This document shows positions 9,117 to 18,258 of a stretch of 54,662 nucleotides of DNA, piece after piece. How positions within the stretch are numbered: position 1 is the stretch's first letter; each line of letters opens with the position of its first letter. Made by a program: the position numbers and the translations under genes. The notes beneath the pieces are model-generated. The model did no database searches. It was not told the origin of the DNA and saw only the letters and a program-made list of their open reading frames with translations. The stretch comes from a virus (Duplodnaviria > Caudoviricetes), in IMG/VR virus record IMGVR_UViG_3300043425_000063, positions 1 to 54,662 of that record. One strand, 5' to 3'.

Positions 9117-10049
9117 TTACCCGAGAAGATACCCACAAAAAAACCAGTACCCAGAATTTAAGTTTCCGTACTGCACATATATACGCGCTGTATCACTAGC
9201 AGCCATATCCATGACCACAGTTAACCCTACATGCTGGTAGTCGCTAACACCCCCATGATAGAAATACGCGCTTGGATATGCCCCACCATTTTTTTCAACC
9301 CAAAGATACGTACTGTTTCCAGCATATGTAAGCCCGCCGCAGTTGAATACATATTTACCAGCGACAGGAGCAGTAAAAGTACCTGTTGAATAATGACTGC
9401 CTACGTCATATACTTCGCTATCAAAGTTAAACACTGTGCCGGGGGTGTTAATTCTAGTATTTGCCCCCGTCCACTGTGCGTAAAAAGCAGGCTGCAACGC
9501 TTTTGTTACCCGTCCCGACCCATCAATTGCCATTAGGTTGGTTGTATTATTATTCCGAAAAGCCATACCGCCAGCACCGAGTTGGCGGATTTCCGAATAG
9601 TAAGTGCCATCATAAGCAAGCCGTAGTGAACGGTCTGCTTCACTAGAACTACTCTGTGCATGTAGCGCAGTAACCGGAGTCACACCAGAACCAACAGCCA
9701 ATTTACCTGTCAACGTACCACCAGTCAGTGGCAGATACTCGTTAGCATTTGCTTTTTCGTTGAACAGTGCAGCCGTTGGGCGCAACTCAAAACGGTCGTT
9801 GGTGCTGAAGGCTCGGGCTGTCGTGTTGTCTTGCGCACGCACGACCGTCATTGTGTCGGTCGAACGAGCCGTGACCTTGACAATCTCAAGATTGTTGGTT
9901 GTATCAATCAGCGTGGCGTAGAAGTAGTCACCAGCACTGAGCGTCGGGAACCGTGCACCCTCACCCGCATTAAGGACGATTGTGGTTGAACTGCTAGTGA
10001 TACCAGCGTTCAGTGTGCCAAAGGCGTTATTGGTGACTTTTAATCCCAT
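9117..10049 (-). CDS. Tail fibre/receptor-binding protein 2 with C1q-like tip
   Basis: N-terminal ~95 aa paralogous to 11021..12046; YLPLTGGTLTG; PAFYA..FD...GTFTAPVAGKYVF..FCGYLLG. Confidence 0.8.
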   Translation of the reverse strand: MGLKVTNNAFGTLNAGITSSSTTIVLNAGEGARFPTLSAGDYFYATLIDTTNNLEIVKVTARSTDTMTVVRAQDNTTARAFSTNDRFELRPTAALFNEKANANEYLPLTGGTLTGKLAVGSGVTPVTALHAQSSSSEADRSLRLAYDGTYYSEIRQLGAGGMAFRNNNTTNLMAIDGSGRVTKALQPAFYAQWTGANTRINTPGTVFNFDSEVYDVGSHYSTGTFTAPVAGKYVFNCGGLTYAGNSTYLWVEKNGGAYPSAYFYHGGVSDYQHVGLTVVMDMAASDTARIYVQYGNLNSGYWFFCGYLLG

Positions 10050-10071
10050 GTTTAACTCCAGTTAAGGGTAT

Positions 10072-10617
10072 TCATCGTGCTTCTACCCAGCCAGTGATGA
10101 TGTACTTATCACCTGACAGCGGCGGGTTTCCTCTGTGTACATGTGTAAACTGGCAAGGAAACACAACCATTGTTCCCTTTACCGGGGCTACCCGCAATGA
10201 CTGATATAGAAACTCTGTTTCCCCTCCTTGTTCAACAGTGTTCAAATAAATTGTCCACGCAAGTACGCGGCGAGTAAACGGTGCACCACCTGCCTCGCAA
10301 TGCCACTCATGGTAGCCCTCTGACATTTGCGTTTTTTGAAATCGCCAATCGGTGTAATCTAGTTTGAAGTGAGTAGTCCCACGAAAAGACGCTAAGTAGT
10401 CCTCAATTGAAACATTCAAACCACCACTCAAATGCTGCACTACTTGGTCAGCAACTTTTAAGTCGCTAACAGAAAAACCTTTATCTTCTTTGAATCGGTC
10501 ATTACGGGTAAACCCTAATCCATTAGCCATCATGGCTTCCCCCCACGAAACAAGTTCGTCGCACGCTTCATCAGAAAGCGCGTTAGGTTGGATACCAATA
10601 AACTGCGTAATGTTCAT
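10072..10617 (-). CDS. 2OG-Fe(II) oxygenase (prolyl-hydroxylase-like)
   Basis: WHCE, RVLAWTIYLN, GGETEF, HVHRG, KYIITGW. Confidence 0.9.
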   Translation of the reverse strand: MNITQFIGIQPNALSDEACDELVSWGEAMMANGLGFTRNDRFKEDKGFSVSDLKVADQVVQHLSGGLNVSIEDYLASFRGTTHFKLDYTDWRFQKTQMSEGYHEWHCEAGGAPFTRRVLAWTIYLNTVEQGGETEFLYQSLRVAPVKGTMVVFPCQFTHVHRGNPPLSGDKYIITGWVEAR

Positions 10618-11021
10618 TATGGTTTTACCGGAAAAACTACGTTCACAAAAGTAATGCCATCCTCGGCAAACGCAACATTAGGATAGTCATTTGGCAAATC
10701 ACGTAACGCTTGGCGGTATGCTTCTTGCGCAGGCGTTATGGTACGGTCAGATGCTGCCCACCAATCGGTTTCAGCCAGCATCCAATCGCGCACAATACGC
10801 AGACAATTAAGTGCCTCGTTCTGTACTAACTCATTATAGGTCGCCATTACTTCGGCCTCAGACGGGGCTGTTGCCGGATTGTCAAACACAATGTCTTTAT
10901 AGGTCTGCCCCGGAAAAATAGGGCCAGCAGGAGCATTAAGTTTGGAAAGGGCAGACGACAGTGTAATTAACTGTCTGATTGAAAATCCTTCTCGGCTAAC
11001 TGCTTTCATCGTTATCTCCAT
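10617..11021 (-). CDS. Tail fibre assembly chaperone
   Basis: LR..RD..LAETDW...YRQALRDLP...FPVKP. Confidence 0.8.
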   Translation of the reverse strand: MEITMKAVSREGFSIRQLITLSSALSKLNAPAGPIFPGQTYKDIVFDNPATAPSEAEVMATYNELVQNEALNCLRIVRDWMLAETDWWAASDRTITPAQEAYRQALRDLPNDYPNVAFAEDGITFVNVVFPVKP

Positions 11022-12046
11022 TATGAAACAAGTGTGTTAGACATCTTGGCTACTTCCAACACTGTAAAAGTAGAGTCGGATTCAACAGAGTAAAGTTGTG
11101 AAGCCGTAACTGTACGGTTATGGTACATAGTAGTTGAACTATGCGCCCAGTATCTAACTTTTAATGTTTGCGGAGAAGTAGACCAAACAGGTACAATACA
11201 CATACTATTCCACTGTTGGCTGATACTTGCGTTACCTTCATAAGCCGCCCATGCTTGGTAAAAACCAGCAGCAGGGCTGTTGCGCGGCGCACGAGCAACA
11301 TTACTGCTATCTGTAACTTGCCACTGAAACACCATACCGTTATTTGATACCTGAAATTCACACAGAAAAATAAAAAAGTTATCTGTCGATTTTGGCGTTA
11401 TGGCAATCGACATATTGGGATAGTCAGTTGTAGTTGTATTTGTAGAAGTAAAAAAGTTTGACTGCGTAACAGAAAACTGCTGAACAATCTGCCCCAAGTG
11501 ATTCCAATAACCGTTCTGATAAACCTCAGCAATCTTATCTGTTGAGTTGTAACGAACTGCTCCGTTATCTGGTGTACCGGGGCGTTGCGCAGTAGTGCCG
11601 GAAGGCAAATCAAAAAAGTCAACAGCCGTATTGACTTGGCTAGACACAGATGATGGAGGAACAGCACTCCACGATACTGCCGAACCATTAGTAGTCAAAA
11701 ACTTTCCGCTATTACTAGTCTGCGTAGGTACGTTGAAGTTGATGTCTGCTGTATCAACTAGCCCTTGCGCTGTAACACGTAGTTCAATACGGTCACCTGC
11801 GCTAAACGCACGGGCAGTTGTACTTTCTTGCCCACGGGTGACAGTCAGAACGTCAGTACTACGTGCCGTACATTTGACAATTTCCAAGTTATTAGAAGCG
11901 TCAATCAGAGTTGCGAAAAAGTAATCACCAGCACTGAGCGAAGGGAATCGAGCACCTTGCCCGGTGGTGAGCGTAATGCTAGTCACACTGCTGTTGATAC
12001 CAGCAGCGAGAGTAGCAAACGCGCTATTTGCGAATTTAATGCCCAT
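11021..12046 (-). CDS. Tail fibre/receptor-binding protein 1
   Basis: Shared anchor domain; SGKFLTTNGSAVSW; LPSGTTAQRP..GAVRYNS; beta-sandwich tip. Confidence 0.8.
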   Translation of the reverse strand: MGIKFANSAFATLAAGINSSVTSITLTTGQGARFPSLSAGDYFFATLIDASNNLEIVKCTARSTDVLTVTRGQESTTARAFSAGDRIELRVTAQGLVDTADINFNVPTQTSNSGKFLTTNGSAVSWSAVPPSSVSSQVNTAVDFFDLPSGTTAQRPGTPDNGAVRYNSTDKIAEVYQNGYWNHLGQIVQQFSVTQSNFFTSTNTTTTDYPNMSIAITPKSTDNFFIFLCEFQVSNNGMVFQWQVTDSSNVARAPRNSPAAGFYQAWAAYEGNASISQQWNSMCIVPVWSTSPQTLKVRYWAHSSTTMYHNRTVTASQLYSVESDSTFTVLEVAKMSNTLVS

Positions 12047-12057
12047 TCCCTTACTCC

Positions 12058-12498
12058 TTAGTTAACGGTCACAGTCCAAGTGATGCCAAGCGTATCGGCT
12101 GCGCCTTTGTTGATAACGGAGAACACAGTACGGCAAAGCAGCGTGCCAGCAGAAGAAGCATTGAACAAACCTGCTTCAGTAACAGCACCAGTGCCAGTGC
12201 CTGCTGGGAATGTCGCTACATATGCCACAGCGTTAGCCGTCACAGTAGTCGAGGTCAAAGCAACACGACCAAGTTCAGTACCAAGCGTAGTATCGCCAAC
12301 GGCAGCAGCCGTAGTACCAGAACCAATAGCCATGTGCGTCATTGCAGTTGCAGTAGCGTCCTTCATGCGTGAAGCAATGAAGTTCTTACCTACGGTAACC
12401 ACAAGGTTAGGAACGACGACCTCTTGGGTCACGTTGCCTTCGGGGTTAGTGACAGTGATACGCAGTTCACCAGTCATTTTGATTGAGTCTTGAAGCAT
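12058..12498 (-). CDS. Tail/collar structural protein
   Basis: NLVVTVG..HMAIGSGTTAA...LGTELGR..TEAGLFNA. Confidence 0.7.
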   Translation of the reverse strand: MLQDSIKMTGELRITVTNPEGNVTQEVVVPNLVVTVGKNFIASRMKDATATAMTHMAIGSGTTAAAVGDTTLGTELGRVALTSTTVTANAVAYVATFPAGTGTGAVTEAGLFNASSAGTLLCRTVFSVINKGAADTLGITWTVTVN

Positions 12499-12508
12499 GA
12501 TTCACTCC

Positions 12509-13906
12509 TTATAAAATCGGGGTTTCGTTCAATTTGTATCCACCAACTGAGCGGTCAGGCGCATCGGTATAGTGGAAGTTTACAACTAATCCTGCACCAC
12601 TGGTATCTGCGTAGGTGATAAATTCTCCGCCAATGAGCGGAGCCACCATCAACAGTCCGGGGCCACCTATCAACCCAGTGTAGTTCTCATAAGCAAACGA
12701 CTCTGTACTCTGATTCCAGATATAACTGGAGTTCAAAAGACTGTCGGCTTCTCCTAGCACTGCTGTATAGTCCGGGCGTAAAGCATAAAAACGATGCTGT
12801 ACAAACCCACTACCATCACTCATTGATACATAGTCAGGGTAGAAAGCAGTAGTTTGCCCGAGAATTAACTCTGTAACAATAGCATCTGTAATAGACGCTG
12901 TTTCAGTCAGAATCTTGGTAAATGCAAATGTGTTGACTGCATCGGAAGCAGAGACCGTATCTGTTACATCAGGACGAGTAAAGTCTTTTACCATCACCTC
13001 AGCAACTGTTACTGGGTCAGGGTCAGCATCAGCATCGGTTACATCGTAGTCAAACTCATATGCAGGGGTTTTTGCGATGAAGTCTGTCATCTCAACAGAA
13101 TCAGCAAAGACAGTCGTAACAGAGGAACTTACTGCCTCAGTAATAGTTACTACATCATTAGGGTTTACACCTATATCAAACGCATTGAGTACATCTGTAC
13201 TTGTAATCGAATCAGTCTTACCCAGCCCCGGCTCTCTGTATGAGTCATCCGTTGCTGCTATGGAATCAACAACATCCGGGCGGGTAAGTTCTTTAGCCGC
13301 TGCATCTGTGATAGACGCAGAATCAGCAACAACTTTGTCTGTGTTAAATTCATTTACTACGTCAGTAGCAGCAGCCGTATCAGTCAGTGACTTACCAACA
13401 TCTTTTGTGTTGATTGCTTCAGTAGAAGTAACTGAATCCGATGACACCTGCTCAATATCTTTTACATCAGTATCAGTTGCAGCAACCGTATCAGTTAGGG
13501 GTTTCCCTACCTCTTTTGCATCAGTGTCTGCGATATTGATTGGGTCTGGGTCAACATCAGGGTCGCCCGGGTCAAAGTCGATGTTCCCATAGAACATCTT
13601 ATTGATTACATCAGTGACTGTTACAGAGTCAGAAATGTCTTTGCTAACCGTAAGAACTACATCATCAGTAGCCGTTACTACCTCAATTGAAACTCGGTCA
13701 ATGGCAAATGCCCGGAAGTCGGACATTGTGACTGTCTGCTCCTCAAGAATATTCTGAGGTACAACAAAGACGCTGGCTGCAATAACAGGGGTAGCAACAG
13801 GAGAAGCCGAGATGCTATGTGTCGAGACGGCAGCAAGCGGCACTGGGGCAGCAAGAGCCGCCGTCAGTACAGTTGTTGCTATCGCGCCGACACGAACCAC
13901 TGGCAT
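12509..13906 (-). CDS. Acidic Asp/Thr/Val-rich repetitive fibre-shaft-like protein
   Basis: Many ~19-aa K..xD[ST]V...D repeats; two DxDPDP motifs. Confidence 0.65.
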   Translation of the reverse strand: MPVVRVGAIATTVLTAALAAPVPLAAVSTHSISASPVATPVIAASVFVVPQNILEEQTVTMSDFRAFAIDRVSIEVVTATDDVVLTVSKDISDSVTVTDVINKMFYGNIDFDPGDPDVDPDPINIADTDAKEVGKPLTDTVAATDTDVKDIEQVSSDSVTSTEAINTKDVGKSLTDTAAATDVVNEFNTDKVVADSASITDAAAKELTRPDVVDSIAATDDSYREPGLGKTDSITSTDVLNAFDIGVNPNDVVTITEAVSSSVTTVFADSVEMTDFIAKTPAYEFDYDVTDADADPDPVTVAEVMVKDFTRPDVTDTVSASDAVNTFAFTKILTETASITDAIVTELILGQTTAFYPDYVSMSDGSGFVQHRFYALRPDYTAVLGEADSLLNSSYIWNQSTESFAYENYTGLIGGPGLLMVAPLIGGEFITYADTSGAGLVVNFHYTDAPDRSVGGYKLNETPIL

Positions 13907-14241
13907 TAGAAGTTCTCCCTCACAGTGAAGCGCATTACGTCAAACACAGTCTGGAGTTCACCATTGAAGTTAATGACAATCTCACCTTCATAAGTTCCAG
14001 CAGCAACGTCGAGTACGCCGCCCACAAAACTAAACTGTACCTGCCCGGTAGTACCGCCGCTCAACTTACTGCAACTTATTGTGCTAAGCACAGTAGTTGT
14101 CCCAGCCTGACGGAACTTTACAGAAACGGTCGTTGTACCAAGGGATAGGTCAATCGGATTGCCAGTGACATCATCGGTCAGCGTCACAACAATGACTGGC
14201 CTTTCGTCGCCTTTTACTAAACGGATGACATCAAGAGCCAT
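13906..14241 (-). CDS. BppU-like fibre attachment protein
   Basis: KGD..P...LTD...PIDLS...GQV.F...AGTYEGEI. Confidence 0.6.
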   Translation of the reverse strand: MALDVIRLVKGDERPVIVVTLTDDVTGNPIDLSLGTTTVSVKFRQAGTTTVLSTISCSKLSGGTTGQVQFSFVGGVLDVAAGTYEGEIVINFNGELQTVFDVMRFTVRENF

Positions 14242-14248
14242 AGTTGCC

Positions 14249-14902
14249 TCACGCTAAAGGGCGCATTTGAACCGTCATCGACGCTCTAGCGTTTCCGATG
14301 TTGGCCCGTGCTCTGCGCTCGGTTATTTTGGAAAGATACTGCTTGGCATGATACGTCGCCAACTCACGGTCACTCCAGTTTTTATTGGGCATGACGAGTA
14401 AATGTTGCAGTGCACCGTGCATGATGACATTCTCAAGGTCATCAAATACAGATTTGTCCATTCCAGACGCTGTACGCAGCGGCTTTAAGACAACAACCAT
14501 CTTGAGGTCATATGCCACATTGGCATCAGGCATCGGGGCTACTACAAAGTTGTCAGGGTCTAGTTGGCAGATATATCGCGGACTCGACCGTTGGTCGGTG
14601 GCAAAGTCAGGCCAGTTAGGGTATCGGTTATACAACTGCTCTAGCGTCAAAGACTCAAGCGGTGAGCCGTTTACTGCCGCTGTAAGAAAAGCATGGACTT
14701 CGGTCTGAAGTGGGTTCGAGTACGGATACTCATACACGCCCGGAGTTAGCCGAGTGACAGGCTGCTCATATCGCCACGCCAGCGTGCGCTCGCACGACTC
14801 AATCGCTGAATCACGAACATGTTGCTCAATGATAGGCTGAGGACACCCCGGCACACTAGGAGCCAAGCGTGTAACGAGGGACATAAATGTGCGAGTACTC
14901 AT
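14249..14902 (-). CDS. Head-tail adaptor protein 2
   Basis: VPGCP..AIESCERT.AW, I.HGAL..L..MP.K.WSD; gene position. Confidence 0.65.
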   Translation of the reverse strand: MSTRTFMSLVTRLAPSVPGCPQPIIEQHVRDSAIESCERTLAWRYEQPVTRLTPGVYEYPYSNPLQTEVHAFLTAAVNGSPLESLTLEQLYNRYPNWPDFATDQRSSPRYICQLDPDNFVVAPMPDANVAYDLKMVVVLKPLRTASGMDKSVFDDLENVIMHGALQHLLVMPNKNWSDRELATYHAKQYLSKITERRARANIGNARASMTVQMRPLA

Positions 14903-15549
14903 GATGCAATCACTTGGTCTTTAGGTAATCCGGCTTCTTCGGTATCCGTGATTGCCCTAGCCTGTGCGCTGACGCCCAGAGCCTGTGTAAATGACTGTTG
15001 GAATAGTTGGGCACGGTTAGAGTTCACATGCTCATTGTCCACAGATTCAGCCAAAAATACAGTCCCATCAACAACTACTGGGAAAAACGCATCTGGTAGT
15101 AGTCCTACGGTTTGCGCACCCGTATAGTTGGGCGGAGTCTGACAATACTCACCAATCAATACCTGCGCGGCAGGGGCTTTCGGATAGATGAAAAACTTGT
15201 TGGGATTACGAACATGTCGCATCCAGTTTACAGTTGGGCCTGCTGGGTCATTCATCCAGCCGGGGTAGGTTTGGTCAAGGGTTGTGCGGTCAACTTCAGT
15301 TACGCCATCACCATCCTTGATTTGAAAAATTTCAATAATACGGACAGAATCCGCAGGTGGAGATTGCAACACCTGCCCCGCTACACAGGTAATCTCACCG
15401 ATATAGGCAAAGAGGTCAGGACGCAACACAGCCATCCGCTTAAGCGTTTGGTTGGCAAAGCCTAGCAGCACCGCATCGCTGTAACGCTGCGGGGCATTAA
15501 GGTCTTGTAGGAGGCGTCTGGCCTCAGTGACTACATCGTTAAGAATCAT
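14899..15549 (-). CDS. Head-tail adaptor protein 1
   Basis: R.LLQD...RYSDA.LL..N...RPD; FFIYPKAP. Confidence 0.65.
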   Translation of the reverse strand: MILNDVVTEARRLLQDLNAPQRYSDAVLLGFANQTLKRMAVLRPDLFAYIGEITCVAGQVLQSPPADSVRIIEIFQIKDGDGVTEVDRTTLDQTYPGWMNDPAGPTVNWMRHVRNPNKFFIYPKAPAAQVLIGEYCQTPPNYTGAQTVGLLPDAFFPVVVDGTVFLAESVDNEHVNSNRAQLFQQSFTQALGVSAQARAITDTEEAGLPKDQVIAS

Positions 15550-15785
15550 TCTGGTAAACCCCTAGAAGCGTCAGCATTAACGTCATCATTTGTATAAACT
15601 GGCTCAGCAGGAATCTCCTCAACGGGAGTTTCCAACTTCAGGCCAGACTTACGACCTTTTTGTTTCTTAGGGATAAATTTCTCAGGAAAGGCTTCTTCCT
15701 CAGTCACTTCCTCACAAGAAGGATTTGCTGCCAGAATCTCATTCCACTCATACACAAAACCGTTACGGTCTCTTAGGTATCGCAT
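15546..15785 (-). CDS. Hypothetical head-module protein
   Basis: AGGAG RBS; 79 aa. Confidence 0.65.
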   Translation of the reverse strand: MRYLRDRNGFVYEWNEILAANPSCEEVTEEEAFPEKFIPKKQKGRKSGLKLETPVEEIPAEPVYTNDDVNADASRGLPE

Positions 15786-15794
15786 CCTGCTCTC

Positions 15795-16028
15795 CTATCT
15801 ATATCTAGCCGTCTTCGCTGCTATTTTAGCGGGCTGTTTTACAAATTGTTGACCTTTTGCTTTGCCAGCACGCTTCACTTTTGAAGTCGCAGCATACTCT
15901 GCTGGGGTCAACGCCTTTATTGCCTTCTCTGGCAAATATCGTTCGCCAGTCTTACTGGAGGGCTTACCACTCTTGGTACGCCACTTTTGGTCTGTCCAGT
16001 CTTTGAGGGATTTCTGAGGTGCTTTCAA
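15795..16028 (-). CDS. Small basic protein (resembles C-terminal half of DUF5872-type proteins)
   Basis: QKSLKDWT.QKWRTK..GERYLPEKA..QFVKQP; TTG start overlaps the upstream TGA. Confidence 0.7.
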   Translation of the reverse strand: MKAPQKSLKDWTDQKWRTKSGKPSSKTGERYLPEKAIKALTPAEYAATSKVKRAGKAKGQQFVKQPAKIAAKTARYR

Positions 16029-16219
16029 TCTCTGTACCCCCCGCCAGCGGCCTTGTACTTCTTTGCCACTAACTGTGCCTTACGAGCAGACCATTGTCCA
16101 GCGGCTGTACCTTGCACCGCAGCAGCCTTTACTTGCGACACAATACGCTTGCGCAACTCTGGCTTGGTGTAGTTACCAGCCGCGTTGACTTTTGATTTGG
16201 TTTTTGTCTTGGCTACCAT
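16025..16219 (-). CDS. Small basic protein (resembles N-terminal half of DUF5872-type proteins)
   Basis: NYTKPELRKRI...GQWSARKAQL...YKAAGGGY. Confidence 0.75.
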   Translation of the reverse strand: MVAKTKTKSKVNAAGNYTKPELRKRIVSQVKAAAVQGTAAGQWSARKAQLVAKKYKAAGGGYRD

Positions 16220-16479
16220 TTGACTTTATCCGCCCAGTAAGCCGCAGACATCTTGCCCTTGGCAATGTTCTTCGCATGACGCGCTTTGAAACTCTTTTGT
16301 CGAGCGGTCGGCTGTCTATCGCCAGTCACGCCCTGCTGCCCAAAACGAATCGTCTTAACATCAGTACCAGACTTTGCCACTACAACGTGGCTCTTTGTCG
16401 GGTGTCCCGGTGTGCGCTTCGGTTGGTTGTACCCAGACACGCCAGCGCGTTCGAGTCGTGGGTCTTTTTTAGCAGCCAT
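16213..16479 (-). CDS. Small basic virion-module protein
   Basis: PKRTP.HPTKSHVV..KTIRFGQQG..SFKARH..SAAYWA.KVKW. Confidence 0.75.
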   Translation of the reverse strand: MAAKKDPRLERAGVSGYNQPKRTPGHPTKSHVVVAKSGTDVKTIRFGQQGVTGDRQPTARQKSFKARHAKNIAKGKMSAAYWADKVKW

Positions 16480-16480
16480 A

Positions 16481-16765
16481 TCAGTCTTTCAAAAGAACCG
16501 TAATGGATGTTGCGCCGCCAATGTCGCAATAAACTCCTGAAGAAAAAATCATACCGCCTTCAGGAATCTGAAAATCAACAACACCTTGTTTAGTAGTGTC
16601 GAGTTCTAACTTCACAGAACCCGTAGCAGATGTACCATCGTACAACTTAATGTGGTCAAGTGACCCACCACCAGAAGTGTAAAGAACCCCAAGCAGCCGG
16701 ATTTTTCCGGTGTGGAGTATTCCATCTACATTTAGATGGACTGAAGTAATGTCGCGTGCCATCAT
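16481..16765 (-). CDS. Small beta-rich head protein
   Basis: AAGGAGG RBS; IPEGGMIFSSGVY. Confidence 0.65.
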   Translation of the reverse strand: MMARDITSVHLNVDGILHTGKIRLLGVLYTSGGGSLDHIKLYDGTSATGSVKLELDTTKQGVVDFQIPEGGMIFSSGVYCDIGGATSITVLLKD

Positions 16766-16775
16766 GCCTCCTTAT

Positions 16776-16800
16776 AAGAAAGGGGGCCGAAGCCCCCTTC
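16776..16800 (-). terminator. Intrinsic terminator-like hairpin with cUUCGg loop
   Basis: AAGGGGGC-TTCG-GCCCCCTT followed by TCTT, after the decoration gene. Confidence 0.65.
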
Positions 16801-16803
16801 GTC

Positions 16804-17286
16804 TTACGCTGCGCAGTCAGCAACCAAAGCCCAAACACGAACAACGGCAACGTTAATTGCGTTGTTGTTAAGGGTCACGTCGATGGTGTCAGCGGCAGAA
16901 TAGTATTTGCCATTGCTGTAACCAGCGATAGTGTTAGGTGTGCCTTCGGTAAGTGCCAAAGCCATCACGCCAGAACCAACAGCGTTCAGGTCAACGTCAT
17001 TCAGGAAGCCGTCAGCATCGCTGCCGTCACCCAAATCAAACGTTGCAGTCGCACCTTCAGCAGTGGTCACATCGTAACCAACACGCATCACGAGCGACTT
17101 AGCAGGTACAGGAATCACTTCCAGAACATCACCAGAAGCCAAAGCAGCAGCACCAGCGGCACTACGAGCAGCGGCAATCGCAGCAAAGTCAAGAGTAACT
17201 TCCATACGAGTTACTTTGGTAAGACCATCAGCACGAAAGGCGGCTGAACCTTTGTTAAAGCCGAGAGAATCGGTATAAGTTGCCAT
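16804..17286 (-). CDS. Capsid decoration/cement protein
   Basis: 160 aa beta-rich protein immediately after the major capsid gene; AGGAG RBS. Confidence 0.65.
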   Translation of the reverse strand: MATYTDSLGFNKGSAAFRADGLTKVTRMEVTLDFAAIAAARSAAGAAALASGDVLEVIPVPAKSLVMRVGYDVTTAEGATATFDLGDGSDADGFLNDVDLNAVGSGVMALALTEGTPNTIAGYSNGKYYSAADTIDVTLNNNAINVAVVRVWALVADCAA

Positions 17287-17312
17287 TTCAAAATCTCCTA
17301 AAAGTTGCGATA

Positions 17313-17330
17313 GAGGGGCCGAAGCCCCTC
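17313..17330 (-). promoter_or_regulatory. UUCG hairpin 6 nt after the capsid stop (no U tract)
   Basis: GAGGGGC-TTCG-GCCCCTC. Confidence 0.6.
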
Positions 17331-17336
17331 AACCAA

Positions 17337-18242
17337 TTACAGAGTGATAATCCCTTGAGCCAACGCCTCAGGCTTAATCACCTTGTAGCCATAAACTTGC
17401 AAGCCACGGATGATGTTGCCGAAGGTAGACTCAGAGCGGATAGTTTCCATCTCAGTCATTTGTGAAGCAAAAGTGAAGCCCATCTTGTGACCAGCAATAA
17501 TGCTGAACTTGCCAGAAGCATTGTTCAGGTTATGGCTCATGTACACAGTGAAGCGGTCAATCATGCCCAAACGACCGTTACGGAGAATAGACACGCTGTC
17601 ACCAGTCAACGACGCATCTTTCAGGTCAGACTTCTTAATCATGCCAGCCATCTTGGCAGGAATCACAACAAAGCGGTCGCTTTCAGGGCAGTTTGCTTCG
17701 TCGAGAACAGTGCCGATGTCAACAAGATATTCCAACACGTTGGTCTTGGTGATAGCGATAGGCGAACCAGTCGTACCCAAGTCGATGTTGTTAGAGATAC
17801 GACCAGCGGTCGAACCTTTGTTGTCAGCAGAAATGTCCGGCAGGATGTCAGTCAACACGCGCTGGTCAATCTTAATCTTCATACGCTCGGAAGCGTCTTT
17901 AGACCAAGTGTCCATCAGGTTGATGTCCGACTGAACCTTGTCCACATCGTCTTCGATACAGGCAAAATACTCGCCCTTGTCGATGAGCAACTGGAGTTTA
18001 GGCTTGTCAGGATTCTCAACGCTGAGCGTTTGACCTTTGACATAAGACTTGATGGTGATTTCTGGGGTGGTACGGATGTTAACCGTATCACCGTAACGGC
18101 GAATCTCACCTTCGTAGTTGGTGTTCGAGATTGCTGCGAGCACGGTGGCATCGTAGAAATTCTCAATCAGTTTACCCGACCAAATTTCGGGGATGAAGTT
18201 GCCCGAATAGTTCGGACGGCCTTGCGAGACGGGAAATCCCAT
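17337..18242 (-). CDS. Major capsid protein
   Basis: FIPEIWS..L, YEGEI..GDTVNI, RGLQVYGYKVIKPEAL; follows the scaffold gene. Confidence 0.9.
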   Translation of the reverse strand: MGFPVSQGRPNYSGNFIPEIWSGKLIENFYDATVLAAISNTNYEGEIRRYGDTVNIRTTPEITIKSYVKGQTLSVENPDKPKLQLLIDKGEYFACIEDDVDKVQSDINLMDTWSKDASERMKIKIDQRVLTDILPDISADNKGSTAGRISNNIDLGTTGSPIAITKTNVLEYLVDIGTVLDEANCPESDRFVVIPAKMAGMIKKSDLKDASLTGDSVSILRNGRLGMIDRFTVYMSHNLNNASGKFSIIAGHKMGFTFASQMTEMETIRSESTFGNIIRGLQVYGYKVIKPEALAQGIITL

Positions 18243-18258
18243 GATATTACTCCTCTAA

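Noticed and set aside
9117-12046. Diversity-generating retroelement or invertible fibre switch
   Set aside because: No reverse transcriptase, no adenine-specific template/variable pair and no invertase; both fibres are in the same orientation
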